Under the pieces are notes generated by a model. The model saw only the letters and a list, made by a program, of their open reading frames with translations, had not been told where the DNA came from and did not search any database. From assembly GCA_964474435.1 (NCBI GenBank), contig CAYYSI010000001.1, positions 62,647 through 126,646 on the forward strand: a stretch of 64,000 bases of DNA. Direction: 5' to 3'. This DNA comes from an uncultured Candidatus Saccharibacteria bacterium. Lineage in GTDB: Bacteria > Patescibacteriota > Minisyncoccia > Phycocordibacterales > UBA9973. Made by a program: the position numbers and the translations under genes. Shown here one piece after another: positions 8,191 through 16,505 of this stretch. Position 1 is the first letter of the stretch. Each line of letters opens with the position of its first letter.

Positions 8191-9489
8191 ATGCAAACAC
8201 TCAGACTAACAAAAAAATACAAAACCTATCCTGAATATAAAGATTCTGGAGTTGAGTGGCTAGGAAAGATTCCTAAAGAGTGGGAATCTCAAAAAATTGT
8301 ATCTGTGTTTGATTTTCCAAATCAGAAAGTTACAGAAACAACTCATGAGCCACTATCTGTCACATATGACGGCATAAAAAGACAGATTGAAAACGCTGCA
8401 AAAGTTGCAGAAGGTAGTCTTAGAAAACATGTAGAAATAGGAGATATAGTCATCAACGGACGCTCTGATAGAAAAGGCGCAGTAGGTATGTCTGAATATG
8501 ATGGGGGCGTGTCTCTTGTATACAATGTACTAAGGAAACGAAACAAAGAATTTGATTCAAAGTATTTCCATTACCTTTTCAGAAGTAAACTATTCTCAGA
8601 GGAGTTTTATCGCTGGGGGCGAGGTATCGTTGATGATCTTTGGACTACTCGCGAAAGCGAAATGAAGAGAATTTTTATTACTGTCCCGGAAATGACAGAT
8701 CAAACAAAAATCGCAAAATATCTCGACGAAAAAACATCACTTATTGACCAAACCATCTCAAAAAAACAAAAACTGATCGAGCTGCTGCGCGAGAAGCGGA
8801 TGGCGGTAATTAATCAGGCAGTGACAGAAGGTTTAAATCCGGATACTGAGATGATGGAGAGTGGTGTAGAGTGGATTGAGAAGATTCCTAAGGTGTGGAA
8901 GGTTCTACCTTTGAAGTATAATATTGAAATTCAAGAAGGGCCTGGAATCATGGCTGAGGATTTTAAAGAAATTGGAGTTCCTTTATTGAGAATTAAAAAT
9001 CTTAAAAACGGTTTTGTTGACCTGGAAGGTTCTAATTTCCTTGATCCTAAAAAAGTTCAAAGTAAATGGAATCATTTTAAATTACAACAAGGCGATCTGC
9101 TGATCAGCGGAAGTGCGTCTTCCGGCATAGTATCTGAAGTTACAGAAGAAGCTGTTGGTGCGATTGCATATACTGGACTAATTAGAATTTCTTCAAAAAC
9201 TCTACACAAACAATTTTTAAAAAATCTTCTAGATTCAAAATACTTTAACGAGCAAGTTGAGATACAAAAAGCGGGAACTGCAATGCAGCATTATGGACCT
9301 ACTCACCTAAAGAAAGTTGTTATCACTATTCCCTCATATGATGAACAAAAGAAGATTGCTTATTATCTTGATAAAAAGGTATCAGTTTTTAATGAAACCA
9401 TAGAGGTAATTGAGCAATCTGTTGAGTTATTACAAGAATTTAAATCGTCGCTCATTTCGAATGTGGTGACGGGAAAGGTTAAGGCATGA
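8191..9489 (+). CDS. hsdS: Type I restriction-modification system, specificity subunit (two target-recognition domains)
   Basis: The conserved repeat helices are duplicated (LDEKTSLIDQTISKKQKLIELLREKRMAV... and LDKKVSVFNETIEVIEQSVELLQEFKSSLI...), consistent with a tandem TRD architecture of 432 aa. Confidence 0.85.
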   Translation: MQTLRLTKKYKTYPEYKDSGVEWLGKIPKEWESQKIVSVFDFPNQKVTETTHEPLSVTYDGIKRQIENAAKVAEGSLRKHVEIGDIVINGRSDRKGAVGMSEYDGGVSLVYNVLRKRNKEFDSKYFHYLFRSKLFSEEFYRWGRGIVDDLWTTRESEMKRIFITVPEMTDQTKIAKYLDEKTSLIDQTISKKQKLIELLREKRMAVINQAVTEGLNPDTEMMESGVEWIEKIPKVWKVLPLKYNIEIQEGPGIMAEDFKEIGVPLLRIKNLKNGFVDLEGSNFLDPKKVQSKWNHFKLQQGDLLISGSASSGIVSEVTEEAVGAIAYTGLIRISSKTLHKQFLKNLLDSKYFNEQVEIQKAGTAMQHYGPTHLKKVVITIPSYDEQKKIAYYLDKKVSVFNETIEVIEQSVELLQEFKSSLISNVVTGKVKA

Positions 9490-10052
9490 TTAAAGAAGAA
9501 TTAATAGAATATAAACTTGATAATCTTCCTTATAGCTTTAGAAAATGGAGATATCTTGCAACATATAGAAATCAATGGGATTTTTTACCAAAAACTCTTA
9601 AAGATAGAATCGCTGAGCAGTTAATGACTGCAGATTATATAGTTACGTTAGATGAATGGTTAAAACCTGCTATTACAATAAAAGAAAGGCAAAGAGTTTT
9701 ATTGTTACAGATACTTGCATCTATTTATGAAGGCGTTTTAACTTATTTGGTTTCGGAAAAAATTAAAATTGATATTTCGGATAATAAGGCATTGAAAACA
9801 ATTTATGATAAATCAACTTTTTATGGAGAAAAAAGAACATTTAGGCCAACTTTACAATTAGCTTTTGATATGGGATTGGTTAGTGAATCTTGGAATTCAA
9901 AACTAGATAAGGTAGTTGAAATAAGAAATTGGGTTCATTTGTCAAATTCAGAAAAACCAGATATTTTACATTGGATTATGAATCGTACTTGTGAAGAACA
10001 CAGAAAAGAATTAGATTTATTTCGAGAATATATAAAAATAAAATTCGATTAA
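9486..10052 (+). CDS. hypothetical protein embedded between hsdS and hsdR (orfY); possible HEPN/Abi-like accessory
   Basis: The start overlaps the hsdS stop as ATGA. It is 188 aa and very AT-rich, with no ATPase motif. It contains R-x3-H (EIRNWVHLS), which only loosely resembles a HEPN Rx4-6H motif. It occupies the slot where PrrC-like anticodon nucleases sit in other Type I loci. Confidence 0.45.
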   Translation: MIKEELIEYKLDNLPYSFRKWRYLATYRNQWDFLPKTLKDRIAEQLMTADYIVTLDEWLKPAITIKERQRVLLLQILASIYEGVLTYLVSEKIKIDISDNKALKTIYDKSTFYGEKRTFRPTLQLAFDMGLVSESWNSKLDKVVEIRNWVHLSNSEKPDILHWIMNRTCEEHRKELDLFREYIKIKFD

Positions 10053-10053
10053 T

Positions 10054-13017
10054 ATGACCACAAAAACTAACACAAAAGAATCAGGCTTTGAGGAATTCAT
10101 CGAGCAAGAGCTCGTGAGTCTCCATGGCTACCAGTCACGCCCGGCAAGTGTGTATGACAAGAAACTCTGTATGGATACTGAGCTGGTGTTGTCATTTGTG
10201 CGAAGTACTCAGCCAGATGTGTGGGCACAGCTCGAGGAGCAGCTCGGTGAAGAAACAGAGTCGAAGTTTTTGGCACGACTTGATGAAGAAATCACTTCAC
10301 GAGGGTTGCTGTCAGTGCTACGCGAAGGAATCACTGATCGTGGGGTGCGATTTCGGCTCGCCTTTTGGAAACCACAGAATGACATGAACCCAGAAACTAT
10401 TGCGGATTATGCGGGCAATATATTGAGTGTTATACGTCAGGTCAAATATAGTGAAAAGAATGAGAACTCCATTGATATGGTGCTCTTTGTGAATGGGCTG
10501 CCAATATTTACTGTCGAACTCAAAAATCAGTTTACAGGGCAAAACGTCATTAATGCCATCCAGCAGTACAAAACTGATCGCGATCAGAAGGAGAAGTTAT
10601 TGTCGTTCAAACGCTGCTTGACTCACTTTGCTGCAGATACAGACCAGGCGTATATGACGACCAGGTTGTCGGGGCTAACGACCTATTTCTTGCCATTCAA
10701 TAAGGGTGACAAAGGTTCTGCAGGTAATCCAGTAGCACCAAAAGGAAAGTATAAAACGTACTATCTCTGGGAAGAAGTATGGGCAAAGGATAGTATGTTT
10801 GATTTGCTTGGGAATTTCATACAGGAAGTTGTAGAAGAAAAAGAAGACAAAAACGGGCGACGTCGTCGTGATGAGAAGCTGATCTTCCCTCGGTATCATC
10901 AGCTCGATACGGTGCGACGAATTGTGCAGGACGCACGAGAATATGGATCGGGTAAAAATTATTTGATTCAGCATAGTGCAGGGTCTGGTAAAAGTAACAC
11001 GATCGCATGGGTAGCGCATCGGCTCGCAGAGCTGCACACTACACAAAACCACAATGTGTTTGATGGTGTCATCGTGATTACTGATCGACGCGTATTGGAT
11101 CGCCAATTGTCAGAGACGGTGAAGAGCTTCAGTCAGACGACGGGATTAGTAAAACATGTGGAATCATCCGCTGATTTGCGGGAAGCGCTGGAAGGTGGAG
11201 TAAAGATTATTACGAGTACGCTGCAAAAATTCCCAGTGATCGTGGAAACGATTGAAAAAACGGCAGGCAAGCGATTTGCAATTATCGTAGACGAAGCACA
11301 TTCATCACAGTCGGGTGAAAGTGCGGCTGATTTGCGACAGGCACTGACGTTGGATGAGGCAACACAACAAGAAGAAAAAGAAGAGAAGCTGTTCAAGACA
11401 GTAGAAGATCAGCTCATAGAACGCATGAAGGCGCGAAAGGTTTCGTCTCCAAACTTGAGCTTCTTCGCATTCACTGCAACACCAAAACAAAAGACACTTG
11501 AATTATTTGGAACAGAGGATCTGGTATCAGGGAAATTTAATCCGTTCTCACTATACTCAATGAAGCAGGCAATTGAAGAGAAATTCATTTTGGATGTATT
11601 GAAAAACTACACGATGTACGAGACGTATTTTGGCCTATTGAAAAAGGTAGAAGATGATCCAGAATTTGATAAGAAAAAGGCACAACGACTGATGGTGGGC
11701 TATGTAGAGCGACATGAGCATGTGATCGATAAAAAGGTCGCGATAATGGTCGAGCATTTTGAAGAAAAGATTGCACGGTTGATTGATGGAAAGGCGAAAG
11801 CTATAGTGGTCACCAAATCACGCCTCCATGCAGTACGGTACAAAATCGCATTTGACAAATATCTCAAAGAAAAGGGGTATAAGCACAAATCATTAGTGGC
11901 TTTTTCTGGCACCGTTAAAGATGGTGATACAGAAGTTACTGAGGGACAGATGAATAAAGTCCCAGAAAGTCAGACCGCAGAAGAGTTCAAGAAAGATGAC
12001 TATAAATTTCTCATTGTGGCTGAAAAGTTTCAAACAGGCTTTGATCAGCCGTTGTTGTCAGTCATGTATGTTGATAAAAAATTGGGAGGAGTAAATGCGG
12101 TACAGACCCTTTCACGATTGAATCGCACGACATATGACAAGGATGAAACATTTGTGCTCGATTTCGTCAACGAGACTGACGATATTAAGGAGGCATTTCA
12201 GCCCTACTATACAACGACGATTTTGTCAGAAGCGACCAACCCAAATATTTTGCATGATCTGGAGCGTGATGTGCGAAACTTTAAATTCTTTAGCGATTTT
12301 GAAATCAATGGATTTGTAGAGGAGTATTTTGGAGGTGCGACGCCTGATAAACTCAACCATATCATTGATGGAGTTGTTGCCCGTATTCAAAATGAAAATC
12401 TCACTCAAGAAGAGATAGAAGGATTTAAATCAACTGGAAGTGATTATCTGCGAAAATATTCATTTATATCTCAAATTGTAACATTCGAAGACCCACAGCT
12501 TGAAAAGTTATATATTTTCTTGAAATTCTTGATAAAGAAGTTACCCAAATACCCTGATCCGTTGCCGTACGAAGTATTGGAAGCAGTTGATATGGAAAGT
12601 TATAAAATTGAGAAAAAAGTTGAGACAAACATTGCACTTGAAAACAAAGATGGTGAAATCGATCCAATGAGTGGAAGTGGTGATCGCAAGGGTGGTAGTG
12701 AGGAAGAGCTCGATATGCTTTCAAAAATTATTAAGGAAATAAATGAGCGCTATGGCACCAATTTCTCCGATACAGATCGAGTTATCTTGAATGATTTGAG
12801 TTTGCGACTTCTCAAAAATGAAATCTTACAGGGTTCAGTCAAAAACAATAGTAAAGATGCTGCAAAATTGAAGTTTGATCAAATGTTCCAAGACGAGCTC
12901 GTCGGCGTACTTGATAATCATTTCAGTCTTTATCAGAAATTGGATCAGAGTCCAGAACTCAAGAAGTTTGTGCAAGAAAAAGTGTTTGAGTACGTTATAA
13001 GGAAAATGGATAAATAA
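10054..13017 (+). CDS. hsdR: Type I restriction enzyme, restriction (helicase-nuclease) subunit
   Basis: An N-terminal PD-(D/E)xK nuclease motif (DMVLFVNGLPIFTVELK) is followed by Walker A QHSAGSGKSNT and a DEAH box (IIVDEAHSS). The protein is 987 aa. Confidence 0.9.
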   Translation: MTTKTNTKESGFEEFIEQELVSLHGYQSRPASVYDKKLCMDTELVLSFVRSTQPDVWAQLEEQLGEETESKFLARLDEEITSRGLLSVLREGITDRGVRFRLAFWKPQNDMNPETIADYAGNILSVIRQVKYSEKNENSIDMVLFVNGLPIFTVELKNQFTGQNVINAIQQYKTDRDQKEKLLSFKRCLTHFAADTDQAYMTTRLSGLTTYFLPFNKGDKGSAGNPVAPKGKYKTYYLWEEVWAKDSMFDLLGNFIQEVVEEKEDKNGRRRRDEKLIFPRYHQLDTVRRIVQDAREYGSGKNYLIQHSAGSGKSNTIAWVAHRLAELHTTQNHNVFDGVIVITDRRVLDRQLSETVKSFSQTTGLVKHVESSADLREALEGGVKIITSTLQKFPVIVETIEKTAGKRFAIIVDEAHSSQSGESAADLRQALTLDEATQQEEKEEKLFKTVEDQLIERMKARKVSSPNLSFFAFTATPKQKTLELFGTEDLVSGKFNPFSLYSMKQAIEEKFILDVLKNYTMYETYFGLLKKVEDDPEFDKKKAQRLMVGYVERHEHVIDKKVAIMVEHFEEKIARLIDGKAKAIVVTKSRLHAVRYKIAFDKYLKEKGYKHKSLVAFSGTVKDGDTEVTEGQMNKVPESQTAEEFKKDDYKFLIVAEKFQTGFDQPLLSVMYVDKKLGGVNAVQTLSRLNRTTYDKDETFVLDFVNETDDIKEAFQPYYTTTILSEATNPNILHDLERDVRNFKFFSDFEINGFVEEYFGGATPDKLNHIIDGVVARIQNENLTQEEIEGFKSTGSDYLRKYSFISQIVTFEDPQLEKLYIFLKFLIKKLPKYPDPLPYEVLEAVDMESYKIEKKVETNIALENKDGEIDPMSGSGDRKGGSEEELDMLSKIIKEINERYGTNFSDTDRVILNDLSLRLLKNEILQGSVKNNSKDAAKLKFDQMFQDELVGVLDNHFSLYQKLDQSPELKKFVQEKVFEYVIRKMDK

Positions 13018-13469
13018 TGAAAAAAGAAAGAACGATTATAACCGAAGATTTTGTACAACGAAGCGTTATTAGGTATCTCGAAAAGAACGGCTGGAGCAAA
13101 TCATTGAAAAGTGCTGAACTGTGGGAACAGGGAGTAGATATTAAGGTTTGTAATAACAAGTTCTCACGATATTGGCTTATTGAAGCAAAAGCCGATCCTT
13201 CAATTACAGTAAAGAGTCCTACAGGCAGTATGAGTAGTAGTTTCAATTCTGCTTTGGGTCAAATAATAACGAGGATGCACACAAAAGGTGCTAGAGGATA
13301 TAAATATCGTTATAAATATGGCATAGCTTTCCCTGTGTCATTTAAGAAAATGGTTTTGAGAAAAATTCCGTATGACGTAATGGATAAACTGAATCTTTAT
13401 TTGTTTTTCGTTAATGAAATTGGGAATATTGAGGTGTATGATTGGCGTATTGTAAGAAAATTAAAATAA
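13017..13469 (+). CDS. stand-alone PD-(D/E)xK nuclease-fold protein (HsdR-N / Mrr-like), translationally coupled to hsdR (orfZ)
   Basis: The start overlaps the hsdR stop (TAATG). The motif GVDIKV...WLIEAKAD fits a D...(D/E)xK restriction-endonuclease-like core. The protein is 150 aa. Confidence 0.5.
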   Translation: MKKERTIITEDFVQRSVIRYLEKNGWSKSLKSAELWEQGVDIKVCNNKFSRYWLIEAKADPSITVKSPTGSMSSSFNSALGQIITRMHTKGARGYKYRYKYGIAFPVSFKKMVLRKIPYDVMDKLNLYLFFVNEIGNIEVYDWRIVRKLK

Positions 13470-13957
13470 TTATGCCCCTCCATCCCGAAACAACTATTGG
13501 ACACATTCATCTCACTGTCAGCGACCTTGAGCGAGCACTTGGATTTTATCGTGACTTGCTGGGGTTTGAAGTCACGGCGAAGTATGGAGATCATGCAGTA
13601 TTTCTTTCGGCGGGAGGGTACCATCACCACATAGGGCTCAATACATGGGCAGGGAAAGGGGTGACACCGCCACCAGAGGGGCACACGGGGCTGTATCATG
13701 CAGCAATATTGTTTCCGAGCCGCAAGGCATTGGCAACAGTGCTCAAGCATCTCATGGACAACGGATACCCAATCGATGGGGCGTCTGATCATGGAGTATC
13801 AGAGGCGATATATTTGCATGATCCAGACCGAAATGGTATCGAGCTCTACTGTGACCGCCCAAAGGAAACGTGGAAGGTAAATAATGACGGACTTGTTGAG
13901 ATGGATACCAAGCCGCTCGATATCGATGACTTGCTCGCCCAGGCAGATATAGACTGA
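13442..13957 (+). CDS. VOC-family protein (glyoxalase / bleomycin-resistance / extradiol-dioxygenase fold)
   Basis: IGHIHLTVSDLERALGFYRDLLGFEV...GYHHHIGLNTW is a typical VOC/glyoxalase-I-like signature. Confidence 0.75.
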   Translation: MAYCKKIKIIMPLHPETTIGHIHLTVSDLERALGFYRDLLGFEVTAKYGDHAVFLSAGGYHHHIGLNTWAGKGVTPPPEGHTGLYHAAILFPSRKALATVLKHLMDNGYPIDGASDHGVSEAIYLHDPDRNGIELYCDRPKETWKVNNDGLVEMDTKPLDIDDLLAQADID

Positions 13958-13977
13958 AAGAGGCGCCTGTAGCTTTC

Positions 13978-13986
13978 TGCTATACT
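13978..13986 (+). promoter_or_regulatory. extended -10 TGCTATACT 8 nt upstream of ATG (leaderless-type promoter for the MFS gene)
   Basis: TGcTATACT at 13978-13986 and ATG at 13995. No room for a Shine-Dalgarno sequence. Confidence 0.45.
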
Positions 13987-13994
13987 ACACCCCT

Positions 13995-15152
13995 ATGTCC
14001 AAAACGAAGGTATTGCTGCTCATAACGGTGTTTATCGACATCATCGGGCTCGGGGTGATCATCCCGGTATTGCCATTTTATGTCCAAGGATTTGGCGTAT
14101 CTGACGCAGTGGTGACGGTGCTGTTTGCGGTGTATGCGCTTCTCTCATTTCTCTCGGCACCATTTCTCGGGTCGCTGTCGGACAAGATCGGGCGACGGCC
14201 AGTGCTCGTCGTGAGTATCGCAAGTAGTGCGGTCGGGTGGCTCGTCTTTGCATCGGCGCACAGCATTTGGGTACTCTTTCTCGGTCGTATCATCGACGGA
14301 CTTGCTGCCGGCAACATCACGAGTGCACAGAGTGCGCTTGCCGATATTGCACGAGATGACAAGGAGCGCACGGTCAACATGGGACTCTTTGGTGCACTGT
14401 TTGGTGTTGGGTTTATCGTGGGGCCGGCGATCGGAGGACTGCTTGCGCATGTGGGGACGACGGCACCATTTTGGTTTGTGGGAATACTTGCATCCCTCAA
14501 TGCAGTCTTTGCGTATTTCATGTTGCCAGAGACACATCATGCCAAGGATCATCACAAGAAACTTTCGTACAATCCATTTATACCGATCCGCGACGGTTTT
14601 CGCAAACCAGAGATGCGCAAACTCTTTGCGACATGGACTGTGTTTGGGATCGCACTGTCGCTGCAGCAAAGTAGCTTTTCGCTCTACATGGCGCGCGTCT
14701 TTGGGGTTACGGCAACGACGATTGGGATTGTGTTTGGGTTGATCGGCGTACTCATTGTCATCAACCAGCTCGTGTTGCTCAAGCGGGTATGGTTTCGGTT
14801 TGGGTCGCAGATGCAGATCGCACAGATCATGGCAGTCGTCTTTGCGATCGGTATGTTGCTGCAGTCTGCGCCACTTGTCGTCATGCTCGTCATGGGGATT
14901 ATTGCAACGACGATCGGGCAAGGTACGCTGCGCGCAGTATATGGTGGACTGATCGCGAATGCGTCTGCGGCAAAACGAGGAGAGTACATTGGTATCTCTG
15001 CATCGCTCATGTCGCTCTCGATGGTGATTGGCCCGTTCATTGCAACATTTCTCGTTGCCAAGCATCCAGGAATACCTCTTGTGATTGCGGGATTTCTCGG
15101 GCTCGTCATGTATCTCATGAATGTCAGGTGGAAGAAGTACCAGCTCGCGTAG
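13995..15152 (+). CDS. MFS transporter, DHA1 / TetA-like drug:H+ antiporter family
   Basis: About 12 TM helices. The loop 2-3 motif LSDKIGRRPVL (G-x-L-x-D-R/K-x-G-R-R) is present. GC content is clearly higher than in neighbouring genes. Confidence 0.8.
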   Translation: MSKTKVLLLITVFIDIIGLGVIIPVLPFYVQGFGVSDAVVTVLFAVYALLSFLSAPFLGSLSDKIGRRPVLVVSIASSAVGWLVFASAHSIWVLFLGRIIDGLAAGNITSAQSALADIARDDKERTVNMGLFGALFGVGFIVGPAIGGLLAHVGTTAPFWFVGILASLNAVFAYFMLPETHHAKDHHKKLSYNPFIPIRDGFRKPEMRKLFATWTVFGIALSLQQSSFSLYMARVFGVTATTIGIVFGLIGVLIVINQLVLLKRVWFRFGSQMQIAQIMAVVFAIGMLLQSAPLVVMLVMGIIATTIGQGTLRAVYGGLIANASAAKRGEYIGISASLMSLSMVIGPFIATFLVAKHPGIPLVIAGFLGLVMYLMNVRWKKYQLA

Positions 15153-15161
15153 TGCTATACT
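15153..15161 (+). promoter_or_regulatory. extended -10 TGCTATACT 6 nt upstream of ATG (leaderless-type promoter for the cupin gene)
   Basis: A 9-mer identical to the one at 13978 (TGCTATACT); ATG at 15168. Confidence 0.45.
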
Positions 15162-15167
15162 CTACAT

Positions 15168-15566
15168 ATGAAAAAAGGATTTCACACACATATCGAAAAG
15201 CTTACCAACGACAACACGGCATTTCGTCACGTGTTGTATACAGGTGCGCATATGCAGCTCGTACTCATGACACTTGGCGTTGCAGAAGAGATTGGTGCAG
15301 AAGTCCATGCGGACAATGATCAGTTTTTTCGGTTTGAGTCAGGGTTGGGCACAGTGATCATCAATGATACCGAGTATCATGTCGGCGACGGAGATGCAGT
15401 GGTTGTCCCTGCGGGCGCACAGCACAACGTCATGAACACGGGGAGTGAGCCACTGAAATTTTATACGATCTATGCACCAGCGCATCACAAAGATGGCATC
15501 GTCCGTGCTACCAAGCAGGAAGCGATGGATACTGAAGCGGAGTTTGATGGTGTAACAACTGAGTAA
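15168..15566 (+). CDS. cupin-domain protein
   Basis: The protein is small (132 aa). The His/Glu-containing stretches (G.EVHADNDQFF..., ...AQHNVMNTG) are consistent with a cupin barrel. Assigned by inference. Confidence 0.55.
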   Translation: MKKGFHTHIEKLTNDNTAFRHVLYTGAHMQLVLMTLGVAEEIGAEVHADNDQFFRFESGLGTVIINDTEYHVGDGDAVVVPAGAQHNVMNTGSEPLKFYTIYAPAHHKDGIVRATKQEAMDTEAEFDGVTTE

Positions 15567-15576
15567 TACTTATTTT

Positions 15577-16068
15577 ATGAACAAAAAACTATTTTTTAGT
15601 ATTGCCGGCATCGTTATCATTGGAGCGATTTTTGTATGGTACAAGAAAGGCTTTGCGCCCGTTGTCACCGAGGTACCATTTGCCGAAAGCCGCGCATACT
15701 GTTTCGGACGGCTCCAAGAAGCCACAGAGGATGCGCCGTATCGCGTGGAGGAGCATATGAAGCTCACGCGGGTGCGAGGAATGATCGAGGGGACGAAGTC
15801 GGGGACACAGAGTGGGCCTGATATGACGAACGGATTTGAAGGAACGATGAAAGGCGAGGCAAAGGACGGATATCTCGAGTTTACCTACAGCTACACAATC
15901 GAAGGCTCAAAGCAAAAAGAATTTGAAGTGTACACGATCGACGGATCAGACTTGGTGAAGCAACGCTACACACTCGACATGGCAAAGAAAGATGGAGAAG
16001 ATATCCTCATCCCCAATCTCACATCAAAGGCGACCCAGCTCGTCTACACATCTGAGCCGTGCAAGTAA
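15577..16068 (+). CDS. hypothetical membrane-anchored protein
   Basis: An N-terminal TM helix (FFSIAGIVIIGAIFVWY) is followed by a soluble domain. No motif was recognised. Confidence 0.45.
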   Translation: MNKKLFFSIAGIVIIGAIFVWYKKGFAPVVTEVPFAESRAYCFGRLQEATEDAPYRVEEHMKLTRVRGMIEGTKSGTQSGPDMTNGFEGTMKGEAKDGYLEFTYSYTIEGSKQKEFEVYTIDGSDLVKQRYTLDMAKKDGEDILIPNLTSKATQLVYTSEPCK

Positions 16069-16127
16069 TTGGCGTATTGTTGGTATACTAGAGAGGTAGG
16101 CGTTATTAGGTTATCTATATACTATTT

Positions 16128-16460
16128 ATGACATTCATCATTGGAATTCTATTGGGAGGAGCAGCAGTTATTTTTGCATTACAAAATGTCGGGACGATCA
16201 TGGTGACGTTCCTCGGGTGGCAGTTTGAGGGATCGATCGCACTCATTGTGATCATCAGCTTGCTTGCAGGTATTGTTATCAGCCTGTTGTTTTCGCTCTC
16301 TGCATTTATCCAAGGCATGATCAGCGAGTCCAGACTCAAGCGACACAATGAAGCATTGCGCCGCGAACTCGATGACCACAAGGCAATGCTCGACGAAGCA
16401 AACAAAAGGCTTGCCGAAACTCCACCCGTCGTCGTGGTCAATACAACTGATACACAATAA
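16128..16460 (+). CDS. LapA-like (DUF1049-type) small inner-membrane protein
   Basis: Two TM helices are followed by a basic coiled-coil tail (SESRLKRHNEALRRELDDHKAMLDEANKRL), the architecture of LapA/YciS. A -10 TATACT lies 4 nt before the ATG. Confidence 0.5.
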   Translation: MTFIIGILLGGAAVIFALQNVGTIMVTFLGWQFEGSIALIVIISLLAGIVISLLFSLSAFIQGMISESRLKRHNEALRRELDDHKAMLDEANKRLAETPPVVVVNTTDTQ

Positions 16461-16490
16461 TAATACAAATGGCACCACGCAGGTGCCATT

Positions 16491-16499
16491 TGGTATACT
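16491..16499 (+). promoter_or_regulatory. extended -10 TGGTATACT 6 nt upstream of ATG 16506 (leaderless-type)
   Basis: TGgTATACT at 16491-16499, preceded by a terminator hairpin GGCACC-acgca-GGTGCC at 16471-16487. Confidence 0.45.
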
Positions 16500-16505
16500 G
16501 GGAAC

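Noticed and set aside
14078-15319. Several long ORFs (up to 306 aa) on both strands overlapping the MFS transporter gene
   Set aside because: They are antisense or out-of-frame read-throughs in a GC-rich gene. Their translations are Arg/Cys/His-rich and low-complexity with no motifs, whereas the + frame gives a clean 12-TM MFS protein. They are artefacts of GC-rich sequence.
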